Positions 11,873-25,142 of a stretch of 64,000 nucleotides of DNA are shown piece by piece. The translations under genes were made by a program, and so were the position numbers. Origin of the DNA: Azolla caroliniana (Eukaryota > Plantae > Polypodiophyta); the NCBI GenBank assembly GCA_043228905.1, contig JBHGNT010000008.1, positions 10,106,001 to 10,170,000 of the forward strand, in the 5' to 3' direction. The notes below the pieces were generated by a model, which searched no databases, was not told where the DNA came from, and saw nothing but the letters and a program-made list of their open reading frames with translations. Every line of letters starts with the position of its first letter. Position 1 is the first letter of the stretch.

Positions 11873-12469
11873 GGGGTTGTCCACTTTGAGATTTTTTTGG
11901 AGCATACCATTAGGTTTTGCCTCTTCTTTGAGGTCACGAATTTTACCTCAAGGGTGCACCATTAGGAGGACGTTTGTTTTTGTTTGGGGGTGTACTATTA
12001 GGGTTTTCTTTCTTCTTTTGCTTCTTCTCCTCAACCTACTAGAGGTTTTAGAGTTTATTTTCAGTCTTCTTTGCAAGTAGTCTTTTTAATTCTTCTCCCT
12101 TGAGGGTTTCTTATAGGTATTCTTCTTCGGCGGCTTCTTCGACTTTCAAACTTTTTACCTAATTACATATTTTTGGGGGGTTCGGTCTTCTTCTAAACAA
12201 TGGAGAACACTACGTGTCAGCAATTTCCCCACAAGTTAGGCTATCTCGCACTCCAGTCATTGAAAGGAGGACAAAGTGACACGGGAACACTACACTGTCA
12301 TCTGGGCACCATAGCCAATGGTCATGGTTATGGTCTCGATAGTTCACTTGACTCACCTTCAATGGAAACTCCATAGCCTCTCTTTCATTTGTTTCATTTT
12401 CGTTTGTGTTTGAATCGTATGATCGTTTTGTAAAAACCATTGAAATCGTGGTACTCTAGCTCTAATCGT

Positions 12470-13287
12470 TGTAAACCCTAATTTGTAAAGAGATCCCTTG
12501 CATTTTTTTGTTCACATTTTTGTCTTAATCTCTTGTGCATTCCTCTAATCGTGTGTTTCGATCCTAATCACATGTTAATCATCATTAGTGTCGTCGCTCC
12601 CTTCGACTTTGGGTTTCCTTTGTCTCTAGGCTTCCTTCGACTCTAGGGATCTTTCGAGTCTAGGGGTCATTCAACTCTAGAGCACCCAAGAGCGTTTGAG
12701 TCCACTAACGTCCACACCTTCCAACGTCCTCCTTGGTCCAAGTTCCCTGTGGTCCCACTCCAATAGCACACACACACGCACGCATTTTCACGACTTGAAT
12801 TAAGCCCTCTTCTCCTATTTTTATAGAGGAAAAGAGATGCCTAACTTCCGCATTAAATGCGCTTATTCCCTTTCATTCTTCAAAACAAAAAAGGGAATAA
12901 TTAATCCTTAATATGCACCACAATGTTAGAGATTCAAACTCCACACCCTCTTCAATTTAGTGAATAACTCTAACTATTGGGTTGTTCACCTTTATTTATT
13001 ATAAATGTATATTTTTATATGTACATATATTTGTGTGGATGTGAGCAGACCTTCCTTTTTTCCACTTTTCTACCTTTGGCCACGCCACATCATGACAACA
13101 TCCTTCCATTTGGATAGAAGTATGCCAAAAAAGGAAATTACGCTCAAATTTGTTCGTCGTCCTAATTTTAGACCTAGGAACTTCAAAGCATCCTTGGGCC
13201 TTAATTTCGAACCTTGGGACATAACTATATGTAGGTGTACCCCTTACTTCGTCCATAGGTCCTTTGTTTAGACCTAGGGTGTCCACA
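12470..13287 (-). repeat. Probable LTR (TGTGGAC...TTTACA) of an unassigned element
   Basis: TG...CA ends, CTATAAAAA box, homology to 11690-11872, short CGACTCTAG repeats. Boundaries are tentative. Confidence 0.4.
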
Positions 13288-14732
13288 TTCAACTCTAACT
13301 AGGGCTAAAAAACTCAACTCAGTGGCTCGTCACTAAACAAACTAGCTATTCAGCAGAGCACTTCCCTTTTGGTGCTTTCTTATCCCGCACATTTACACAT
13401 TCGTAGATCACTCGTTACAAACACACACGCATAACGTGAACACACACACATATTTGCATAAAAATAGTTATTTATGCAACCATATGCTAACATTAACATG
13501 AGTATGATTGTGTATTTAGAGTTGTCAATGCATGTATTCATTCGTGTATGGTGGAAACATTGCTCATTTGATGTGCACATGCAGAATGAAGCCAAAATAT
13601 ATACACGTTCTTGTAATATATAGTGGCATCTACAATCCTCATATACATTGAGACATACCACGCAAACAACCCCCTTTTGGTGTTGGAAAATATTATTTGA
13701 TGACAAATTTGGCATCCACCTTTCTATGGTTTGTTACAATTCAAAGGCAATATTGAACAATGTAAAACCTCATTCTAAAACAAGAAATCAATATAAAGCC
13801 TTCGCCCTTTGTCTCGTGAATGTTTTCTATTTTTGAACATGCCCTGTGGAGAAATACCTTCCCATCTTGAAATAGTCATACCACTTCCGTTCCCCAGATG
13901 GAGACGGAATGCATCTAGTTGGGATAAACATAACATTGTTGGGTAAGAAGAGAAACAACATCCCTAGATGGATGGAGGCAAGTGTGGCATCACTCATTTT
14001 CAAGGGAGACACACTTGATGGGAACATATGTGGGAAACATCTCGAAACTCCTCAATGGGCACAACTTCCATATCTAGATGAGAAGTAGGGTTCTGAGCAT
14101 ACGACACTTTCAAGGTACATCACGAAGAGGTGGTGGGTGAAACGACCATGGCCGTTGCTTCTTTTGCACTATTCAAGTGGAAGATAAAACTTATTATTTG
14201 GTACAACATCCGATTGCTTGTTAGATTTGTCATTACAATTCTCAAATTTGGCAAGTTTTGTCACATTGTTAGTAGACGTCAAGACAGTGGGTGTTTGCAC
14301 AATGCAATTCGCAAGAGGTCGATGACCGAAAATCAGAAATGGAGATCGTTTTCCGATTGTCTAAGATATTGAGGATTCGTCATAATTGGGATACACACAA
14401 TGCTTTTGTATTTGATGGTAGGCACAAGGGTAAACGCAGATATACGAAAGTTAAAGGGAGTACTATGTGACAATTCTCTTTGTTGCTGTTAAGTAGAAAT
14501 TAATTCCTTTCCTCGGTGGAGTGTTTGCCTTATTGCGTATTGGCAGGCATGTCAACATGTTCCACTACCCATGTAGTGTAGAGTGTAGTGGGTGACCAAC
14601 ACCATACTCACTCGATTGTGATACTTGTTCATTCATTCATTCATTGTTAAGTAATAGTAGTAGTAGTTGTAGTGTATTTCACACACATTTACTAATAAAA
14701 ATAGACATACATAATTATGTGTTTTTCACCAA

Positions 14733-14766
<34 letters not shown>

Positions 14767-15028
14767 TGTGTGTGCCAAAATCGAACCCTACACGATTTGG
14801 AGACGAAGAAGAAGATAACCCTAACCGTAAAGCAGGAGGAGACAAAGAAGAAACACACCCACCAGTCAGTCAGTCAGTGAATCTACGAACTAGTCTTTCT
14901 TCCGTCATTCTTCTTCTGCACGTCCCTTCCCCTTTCCTAAAACGGGAGAGAGAGAAGCAGGAATCTGCCCTTCTGTCTGTCTGTCTGTTTGTCTCTCGCT
15001 CCGTACGCGTGTGTGCAGTGCAGCAGCG

Positions 15029-18000
15029 ATGGGGATAGAGAATTATGGACCGAGGAGAGAGAGACGAGAGTTCGATCGATCTTCTCGCAGACATGCTCCC
15101 TATAGCCCTCCTTCCTCTGCAAGAACGAGACGTACTCCCAGGTATTCCTTTTCCCTCCACTTCCTAACCCAATCCAAACCCACTCTTTCTTTACATCTGT
15201 ATTGAAACGATCTGTACATTTCATTCCTTTTTTCGTAGATCTAAATCTGGCGCTCACTTTGCATTATTTGATTCTTTTGTTTACATTTACATGCATTAGA
15301 GGGATATGCAAGATCTAAATCTTGTATCCAAAATGTATAACTCAGAGAGGAGTTAGCTTTAATTTCTAACTTCTCATTCTTTTTTAATTTCTCACCATTG
15401 CATTTGCGCTGGATCTAAACCGAAACCTTAAATTGTAACTCTCTACAACATTCAATTTATGCCGTCTTTCCTTTTCTTTCTTTAAATTTTTACATGTATG
15501 AAATTGATTTTGGTATCTTCAACCATGAGCGAAACTTTTGTCCACCCTACGTTGTGATGCATAATTTCTGTACCTTGACTCTGAGTAGCTCGATTTTTAT
15601 ATCTGAAAGGAGGTATATAATGCTTGGTAATTTTTGTATGTGAAAGGTATATAATGCCTAGTAATAATTTCGCTTGACTGTAACTTTCTTTCTTTCTTTA
15701 CATTTATGTGTGCTAGAATGATATGCCCAGTAATAATATTTGGTTTGATTTTGTGTATCTTAAAAAGCTCGACCCTTTGGAAAATTGGTTGTAGTTTTGT
15801 CTTACTAATCCTAGCCTAACCAAAATTTCACATTTTTCCTTCTTTACATTTTATATTAGATAAATTTGATTGATTCTCAGCTATACTAGTTTAGTCATTC
15901 TTCCTTTCTCTACATTTTCCAGCACACAGATTTTTACATTTATAGAGATCAAAATTGTATAGAAATGCATCACTAAGAGATTGTCTTTAAGTTTCTGTAC
16001 GTTGCATCTGTATTTTCTTTCTGCCAAGGCTTTGCACTTTCTTCTTCTTCTGTTGCTAACCCTAATCCTGGTATTTTGTTTTGTTTGTGTTAGTTCTAAC
16101 CCAGCTCTAACTTTTCTGTCATTTATTCATTCTTTACATCTTACACCAAAAAGGTTTCTACATTCATATGTGCTAGCCCTAACCCTGGCTTTTAAGTTAT
16201 TTGTTTGTTCATTCCGATGTGCTAGCCCCGACCCTGACTTTTAAGTTATTCTTTTGCTCATTCGGATGTGGTAACCCTAACCCTAGATTTTCAGATTCTT
16301 TATTCATTTCTTGTTGTAAAAGTGTATTCCATCACTTGGTACATTTGAATAAAATTCGGGTTTTATACATGAAAGGTATAATTTAGAGATTGTTACTTGT
16401 TTTCTGTTGCTTTCATCATTTCAAGTAGTTCAGCACATTTTTTAGTTGTAGTTTTCCTGTTAGGTAAGTTTGCAGTATCAGATCCAATTTATATGTCTGA
16501 AATGTTCAGATCTATCATGTTATTTTCCTTATTTTTAAGCTAGAGGATCTTATTTAATGTAACACTCTGGATGTTTATTAGCTCCTTTTTATTCACCATA
16601 TCCTTACAAAGAGGTATTTTGACACAACGTTATCCATTTTAGTGGCTTTGATCGTTCTGGACATCATTTCTACGTATCAGGGGGTAACACTGGACTCATC
16701 CTAAATGTCGACCCCCAAATATTATTCCCCAGTCCATTTTCAAACCATTTGCAAAACGAACCAGTGGAAGTTCCGAGGGTGGTAGAATGCTAATCAAACG
16801 GCTAATTTAGCTATAATTTGGTAACCAGAAAATTCTTCATTAAAAAAGAAACAACTCCTTAAGATTTTGGACTCCCTTAAAATTGATATCACATTAAAGA
16901 AGCGAGATTGCTCTTGAACAAGGACGTTGACATTCTATTAGAACCACATTTGGTTCTCTTTAATGGTTTTTAATACATGAGGATTCAATGAGGTAGAGCC
17001 CAATACCTAGAATACAACCATCCACTATTTGATCAAATAAAATCCTTGTGTAGGACTTCCAAAATACTCATCACAGAACAGTTGAAAAAGTAGCAAATCA
17101 GCTCTTTTAAATGACTTTTTATTATTTCAAAAGCTGAAAATTACTATAAGTTGGAGTATTTTAGTCTTACTCATGTTGCCAGGAGTCACATCTCCAAAGA
17201 AAATATTGTACTCGAATCAGTTATTTACTGACTTAAAACTTTTAAGTGACTTCATGTAGGGCCCAACTTAAATTGTCTCTATAAAGCATAACATTATGAT
17301 TGGGCACTCACCTCTTAATATAATGAAATCACCACATGCGGATCCTCGGTCAACTGATGATTGCTCCCCTGACCTAGGAACTGTTGGTCCTCAGCTATTT
17401 CACATTGTCCATGATATCTTATCTTCACTGATTGCAAGTGTTTCAAGAGACAAAAAGAAGAAGAGAAAGCAAAACTGCAATAACTATTCACCCAACAATA
17501 GTCAAAATGTTTATTTCTATGGTAGGAAACCTATTCTTGCTATGGTAGATTTGAGGACTCTTTGCAGAGTTAGTATTTTTAACTGTGCTGTGCGAATTCC
17601 TAAAAGGTTATATAGTAGTGATGTGTTGCTTGAATGTTTGAATAATGAGATTTAACTCTATTATGTACATATTTCGTTGTCTCATTCCATGCACTGTTGA
17701 AATACTTGAGTGCCATAATTTTACACTGTATAACTGAGTTTAAACAATGCATTTTAATATTATTGATGTAATTTCCCGTCTTTATTATGACTGACACTAA
17801 TATTAATCTGCTTTGCTAGTATCTTTTCTCATTTGGACACAATCCCATTCCATGTACTGCTGAGATACTTGATTCCCATAATTTTACACCGTATAACTGA
17901 GTTTATACAATGCATTTTAATATTATTGATATAATTTTCCGTCTTTATTGTGACTGAAACTAATATTAATCTGCTTTGCTAGCATCTGTTCTCATTTGGA

Positions 18001-19303
18001 CACAATCCATTGTGGATGGTCGAAGGCAGGAAGGCACATGCATTTATATGATTTGTGGAACCCGATTTAAATTTCCATTATCTGTTTACTAGAGTGTTCT
18101 GAATCTTTGAAGCATTGATGGAACCCTCCATCTCTTCATTTTTCTGCAGTTCTTGTGTATTATCTTTCTATTCATTTGAGTGTTGATCATATGAATATTT
18201 ATGTCCATTCTGCATTGTCCAAAGGAATTGTTTTCTGACTCAACCAAGAAATCTTACTGTTATTTAACTTCTATAGACTATGTATGTACTGGTCTGTAAT
18301 TTGTTTATCACCAAGAGATAGTATCATTTGCATCCTCATCTCTGTCTTTGTCAGGCTTCCTACAAATGTTTGCAATAACTGCCACGAATCGGGACACTTT
18401 GCACGTGATTGCACCAATCCAGCTTTATGCAATAATTGTGGGCTCTCAGGGTGAGTCTGTTTGAGATTTCAACATATATGTTATTGTCAGTGCAAGTCAT
18501 GGCTGTACACTATTTCTGATGGAGATAGGGTTATATTCCAGGGGAAAAATACCAAAATGCCTGTAGTTTCTGGGTATTTACCAGACAGCTTAGTTTCCTA
18601 ACTTACCAGAATACTTCTTGTGAATGCATAATTTAATACCACAGGAGATTTGGTATGTCTGAAAACTTAACATGTTCTGGTAAATGCCAATACGCATTGC
18701 GTAGTTTGGGGTTTTCAGTATATGTCATTTCCAATTTGTAGGTTCACAATTTTTGATGTATTCTCTGGCTTCTACAGACATATTGCATCTGCTTGTGCTG
18801 GAGAGTCGATTTGCTGGAATTGCAAGACTCCAGGACATAATGCGAAGGAGTGTCCCAATGAGGCTGTATGCATTCTATGCAGTAGGCCTGGCCACATGGC
18901 CAAGGATTGCACTGCCAAGGAAGGTGATACTAGGCTTTGCAACAATTGCTACAAACCAGGTCATTTTGCAGCAGATTGCAAGAATGAAAAAGCGTGTAAC
19001 AATTGCCATAAACCTGGTCATCTTGCGAGAGACTGCAATAACAGCCCGGTGTGTAATGTTTGCAATCAAGTGGGTCACATTGCACGCGAATGTGGTAGCG
19101 CTGGTGGTTTGACTGGCTTTTCAAGAGGTGGGAATTCTCCTCCTTTGAGGGAGCCTCTATCTTGTAGGAACTGTAGGCAGATAGGGCATCGTGCACGTGA
19201 CTGTTCACTCCCAATGATATGCAATATTTGTGGTGGTCGTGGACACATGGCTGTGGAATGCCCCTCTGATCCCTGGGTTTTGCGCCGAATGAGGTATCGC
19301 TAA
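15029..19303 (+). CDS. CNBP/GIS2-like zinc-knuckle protein, 9 CCHC knuckles, 244 aa; exons 15029-15141, 18355-18450, 18778-19303
   Basis: Both GT-AG introns are phase 2 and join in frame: MGIENYGPRRERREFDRSSRRHAPY...PR|LPTNVCNNCHESGHFARDC...CNNCGLSG|HIASAC...; nine CX2CX4HX4C motifs; Arg/Ser-rich N-terminus. Confidence 0.93.
17683..18008. repeat. Intronic tandem duplication, 2 x 163 bp
   Basis: CATTCCATG...GGACACAATCC repeated at 17683 and 17846 with scattered substitutions. Confidence 0.9.
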
Positions 19304-22300
19304 AATTTTATTGAAAGAAATGATTGATCACTCCAGATGATCGATCAATGTCTAAAATCGTAGTAGTCAGGATGTTCGTGGTGAAGATGTTTGATCAATC
19401 TATGTCTAAGATTGTAATAGTGATTTCTCTGCTGCCATAAATGAAATACTTGGTTGGAGCTTGAAGAAAGAAGCAAGATCATGTCTAAATTTCAATCTTA
19501 GGCACAAATGATGCCCGCTTTGCCGTTTTACTTTGAATTGTTTTTGAGTCATAATTTGTGTGGTGTTTACAAAAGTTACAGGAGTGGAAATGGTGAGTTA
19601 TGCAGGGAAGTTTGTTGTGTAAACAAGATTAATTAATGCATAGAAAGTGGACGGTAAAGGTCAACAGATATGAATGATGTGTGTGTTGACTTGAAGGTGC
19701 TGCAAGATAAGTGTTGTGTGGTATCAAGAATAAATAGGAAATAGTAACTGAAGGTTTAGTTGCAGGGATGTGGTTTTGGTTTGTTTATGTCATAGAATGC
19801 ACTGAAATTATATCCGTTAGATCGCGGCAACCAAGTACAAGGGATCATGAAAAAAATCTTGGGAAACAAATATTTGATGTTCAATGGAGGCGTCATTTGT
19901 TTTTTTGCCCTGTGGTAAACTGATTAGAAGAAGAAAATATTATCCTCATTGCAGGAGCTAACTTTAGTACTGGAAAATTTGATGAGCATACAACATAAAT
20001 TTTCGATTAGCTGGTGGCATATTGTGTTATGCTGCTACATTCAAATACTGCAGTACAACAGTGTGGATGTGTGGATGTCAATAGCAATGACATTGACAGA
20101 AAGTATTATGTAGTATAATGCCTGTGCTGCATAAATGATCAACTATTGAACAGGAATTGTTGAATAATTGTCATTTTGATGAATAATAAATTACGAGCTA
20201 GTTTCATTTCAAATGACATCATTATGATTTGTTCTCGAGGTGCAGTTGTGGAAATGTAGTATGTTGGACTGAGATGGTCTTGATGATCATCTGTTTCCTG
20301 CATGCCTTGTTGCACTGCAATTGCACCTTCTGTGATTTGTTTACTGTAGAGTAATGGTCCATGGGCCAACACGAACCTGATTCTTACTATTAATGTAATG
20401 GGCCTTATATTTGTAATACTTTCTCGGTTTTTCTATCTCACAATTTGAAATTATGGTATGAAATTGATGTAGTAACTCAAAACGTAGTGAAATTTATGTA
20501 ATTTAAACATAATTCTTCTTAATATCAACGAATTGTGTTGCTTACTCGTATTCGAAGAAGTATAGGACAAACAGTTGAATGTGGCCATGCTGGCATTTAT
20601 TAGATTGCCATATCTATACTTAGCCATTGGTGTTGTGTGGAAGTATGGCTGCATTTATATAGCCTTCATTATAATTGGAAGTAAGGCTGTGTACAAATCA
20701 GTATCCCTTCAAAATTAAAATTGTGTAGTGTTAGGAGTTCATTTGAATAATGACTTCAACAATTCCCATTGAATCAATTTGTTTTTATGACTGAGTTGCT
20801 ATCTCCTTAATGTCTAAGCTCTTGTCAGAAGTATTTTATTAATAAGTAGATTCTCCTAAAAATAGGTTTTTACGTAAGAACATTCCATATTTGTGAAACA
20901 TTGTTCCCAAATTTCAGGAAATTAATACAATTATATTTTCTTTAATTTGGTGGATTCTTTAATACTAAAATATATTTTAATCTTAAAGTGGGGTTTGTTG
21001 AACGTTTTGTGAATTGGGTTAATTACTAGGACTTCAAATCTATATGCAATGTCATTAGCTTACATTGAAAAGTCTTTCGGTGCATGAGTAATGTCAATTT
21101 GTTTAAAGCAAGGTGGGTCCTTTAGACTTGTCATCATGATCTTGATATTGTGAATGGAGCTTGGAGAGGTGTAGTTGTAGACGCTTCTCTGCTTTTATAA
21201 TGAGGCGGAGGGATGGTGAATATCTCAAACTATGATTGAAGCATCTTAAACTGGTAATGGAAAACCTTATCCATACATTTGATTGTGGATTTGGATCATT
21301 GTCAACGTTAGCATGATTTAGTGTTAGTTTTGGCTCATTGGTTGATTAAAATAACTAACCGTATCTCAACTATGAAGTACAATTGCTAAGGTAGCCAAAT
21401 TGTTTATTTAACATGCATTTCACATCAATAAGTTACATGAAACAATTGTCTTGAACCAAGATACTTTCATAACAATTTCAGTTGAGGTTGTTTGCTAGAC
21501 TAGGCACTAAACTGAAATTTGGTAGCTCCAACAAGGAAAACTTGTTGAATGCTTCTGCCATTTCTACACAAAATGCATAAATCTCTCTCAATTTCTCTTC
21601 TGATGCTTTGTAAACTTTCTCATCAAGTTGTGTTGGTTGCCAAAGATACTATAATCAATCAACACCCAATGTCCTTCAAATTTTCTCAGATGAACATGAT
21701 GTTTCCTATCAAAAATTTCTTCGTTCTTGTTGCCCTCTACTATTCTATCATTATCTCTATGTTTGCAAGCCACCTTTTGAGTTTCCTGATCCTTGTGTGA
21801 GAAGGTCTTGCTTTGCTTATCTCTTCCTCCCATGGAATAGACTTCCATCAAGTAATACTCTTCTCAGTAGGCTTGATTGACTTTTTTTGAAACTTAGGCT
21901 AATTGACATTGCTAGAATAGAAAGGCGCATTAGTGATGCTAAAAGTCATCACAAAACACATCATTAATGGCGTTGCTATTGGCCAGTTGCCATGTGATGT
22001 ATTTAGTGATGAACATTGCGACGTGATTTTCCATGTGTCACTAAGCAACACATGATTAATGTCACACATCGATGTGCATGCGTCATAGATTGACACATGA
22101 GTGGCGTTGATCATCAATGTATTGGCATTGTAGGGCAACACCCTCAAACGACTATTCCTAATATATAAAAAAGGCCTCCCTCTCATTTTTTTTCCGTAAA
22201 TGTATGTTTGTTATTAAACCAAAAGATGATAATACGACCCTTGTTATGTCCACTACTTCATTAGTAGTGATATGGCAAGGTAAACCCTCTCAAGTGTTGT

Positions 22301-22824
22301 AATACTAGATGGCATAACTCTACCTCGTCTTGGGACAACGTCCCCATACAACATAGTTGTGAAAATTGCCAAATCAACAAGTTTCCCTTTCATCCTACAG
22401 AGTTTTTGTGTTACCCAAATAAGCCCCTCAAACAAGAACCCATTTCTCATGGTCCAATTAAACCACATCCCCCAATACCTAAATAGTCAAACACAAGTTG
22501 ATATGATGGCATGGGTATAACTTTATCATTATCAATAAAAACCCACTTAAAAGGTGACAAAATACTTCTTGTTATTGATGCCCAAATTCGTGATATAACC
22601 ACTCAAACACCTTTAGCAACTGGACATGTAATGAACCTATGTCTGGAATCGGCGTCAACTAATGTATAGAAAAAACATGTCCCATTTGAAATATGTCTTC
22701 GTTTTAAAGCAATTGCCAAAAACAACCCACCGGCCACCATTGCACGCCAAAGAAACAACTTTACATGTCGAGCAATGTACTATGTATCCAAAACCTTATT
22801 TGCTAACCAAGCTCTTTCTTCAAA

Positions 22825-22988
22825 CAACTTATGGTATAATCATTAGTGTGCACCACAAGTATAGATTTCACAATACCAAATGACCAATCTTTCCATGATT
22901 CCACCAACTTATGGTATAATCATTAGTGTGCACCACAAGTATAAATTTCGCAATACCAAATGACCAATCTTTCCATGATTCCACCAAC
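22825..22988. repeat. Tandem duplication, 2 x 80 bp
   Basis: CAACTTATGGTATAATC...GATTCCAC repeated at 22825 and 22905. Confidence 0.9.
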
Positions 22989-23139
22989 ACTGGAATCGAT
23001 AAAACTAAACTAGGCAATGCCACTATTGATTGTCTCCATCTCATTCTCTCCCCCATGATCTTGTACTCCCTCCCTCCCTCCCTCTCCCTCCCTTTCTTTT
23101 AAAGAAAGATCTAAACCTCTAGTCAATGTAAAATACATT

Positions 23140-24110
23140 ATTGGATACTCCCTATGCTACACACCGCTTAGAGGCGGGTAAGAGAGCATACTATGCATTT
23201 GAGAACACATGCAATCATGGAGATATTAAGTGTTGGGTCCTCAAGCAATATCTTTTCGACACTTTGGTGACATTGGTTCTACTTTATGGGATGGAAATAT
23301 GGGGCGGTAGCATCCCTAAATCTACATGGAAAGAGTTTGAAAATGTCAACATTTTTTTACAAAGTTTCTACAAGTTAAGAAATGAATGCCTACACCCTCC
23401 TCCTTGAGACATGATCACTTCCCATTGAGATCATGGTCATGGAAAGAGTTGTTGAATACATGCTTAAGGTTCAAAAAAGTTCCTCACATCAACTTCCTAG
23501 AAGTGCATGGGAAACAAGCAAAAAGATCCAAAAGACGCATAAAAGCAAAATTTTGTGTTCCGGTTGGATGCAAGATATGGAAAAATGGTTTGGTAGATGG
23601 GATGCAAGACACTTGCTTCATGATGCATCACTAGATTCCTTTGTAAATGAGGACTTTTTACAATGCCAATTTATCATGATATGGGACAAATGTGGAGGCT
23701 CATGCTTCACACATTATACTACACATGTTGCACCTAACTACAAAACCATATTCTTCACAGAATGGGGAAACCGTACACATCGATACATCTTAGAGTTCAT
23801 CCCGTTAACTGCCATTTGAACCATTGCTTCCATGTGACTTAGCTCACATGCATTGTGATGTGAGACGGGTTGATGGGGCACAAGTGATGAGAGTGGCCAA
23901 CTCTGCACACTTTTCCCTAAACAAGTTCGAGAGTTTGAGTATCACACTTTGATACAATGCTCTGACTTTGATCACATTCGACAATGCTTTCCACATATCT
24001 TCGACCAAGCCCAACCCTTGCACGAATTTCTCTCACAACCACAATTTGCACTCTCGATTGCAACATTCATTGGTAAAGTTCTTGAACATCGAGAGTCGCT
24101 ACTCACTTTC
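23140..24110 (+). mobile_element. Non-LTR retrotransposon ORF2 C-terminal remnant (RTE/RTE-X-like)
   Basis: LFDTLVTLVLLYGMEIWG, then degenerate LSSHAL*CETG*WG...LCTL...EYHTLIQC..FDHIR zinc-finger-like tail. Confidence 0.7.
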
Positions 24111-24117
24111 ACACGTA

Positions 24118-24866
24118 TCACGTTGTCGTGCCTTTTGGCGCCGGATCGGTTTGACTTGTGCATATCTGCAGTTTGCGCTTAACTTGGACGTATCCTTGTT
24201 GCCGCTCCCTTAACACCTTCGCACTGAATCGGATGGAGAACCACGTTCCAGTTTCATATTCCTGATTTACAATCCATCCTATTCCGGTTGGCCTTGTGTC
24301 CATTGTAATGAAAATCAGAGAGTACTTGTACACTGCTTTTTGGAGAGCCAGTGCCGCCGAAAGCATCCCCTTTAGTTCCCAAATCGCCTCTGAGTGCTCT
24401 TCGCCTCGTACGAATTTCTGACCTTTCTCAGCAAGCTGTAGAGTGGATCTGCGATATGCGCGTAATGGGGAATCCAAATGTGGTAGAAGGCGCACACTCT
24501 CGAAACCGTTAGACCTTCGTGACCGACCTGCACTATTCCTTCATCACCAAGATGGCCTCTACCTTCGCCGGAAATGGTTTCCAGCTGTATGGTCTGGACA
24601 GTTGTCCGACCACTAGGATCTACGATTGTCCGAAGGCTGACTTCTCCCCGGAGAAGGTAAGTTGAGCAACCTCAAGCCTCTGCAGTATCTTCTCACAATT
24701 GAAGATGTGGTCCACGACAAATTTCCGACATCCATTCGTTCCAACCGATTTGTCCATCTCGTCCTCTAGACATCCCTTGATCGGGATGTCGTCCAGAAAT
24801 AGCATGGTGATGTCCAGGATGCAATCCCTTAACACTTTGTTCATTGCATTCATCATGTGCACTACC
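24118..24866 (-). pseudogene. Gypsy RT-RNase H fragment
   Basis: MNAMNKVLRD...FLDDIPIKG, LTFSGEKSAFG, ITMDTRPTGIGW...RFSAKVL; cut by an LTR at 24867. Confidence 0.8.
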
Positions 24867-25106
24867 TGTTGGGAAACAAGTCCCTCCAAATAGGATCCGG
24901 ATGAGTTGGATTAGACAAGCCGAAGGAAGGAACCAGACTGGATGGATCCGGAAGGAGTCCAGCCGGATCTGGTATGAACCAACAAATAGGAACATATTAG
25001 TAAATATGTTTAGACGTGACCGTTGAGGTCATATTTGTAAATAGCCCTAAAGTTATATAAGTATAAATATAACTAGGGCAACTATGTTCATATGTTGTTA
25101 TCATTG

Positions 25107-25142
<36 letters not shown>

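Noticed and set aside
13830-14400. Coding-like composition upstream of the knuckle gene
   Set aside because: Short broken ORFs with no recognisable domain.
18722-18777. ATG start of the 193-aa knuckle ORF
   Set aside because: Intronic; the acceptor at 18777 joins upstream exons and completes a knuckle.
21200-22800. Possible decayed coding or TE sequence on the minus strand
   Set aside because: No motif could be assigned confidently by eye.
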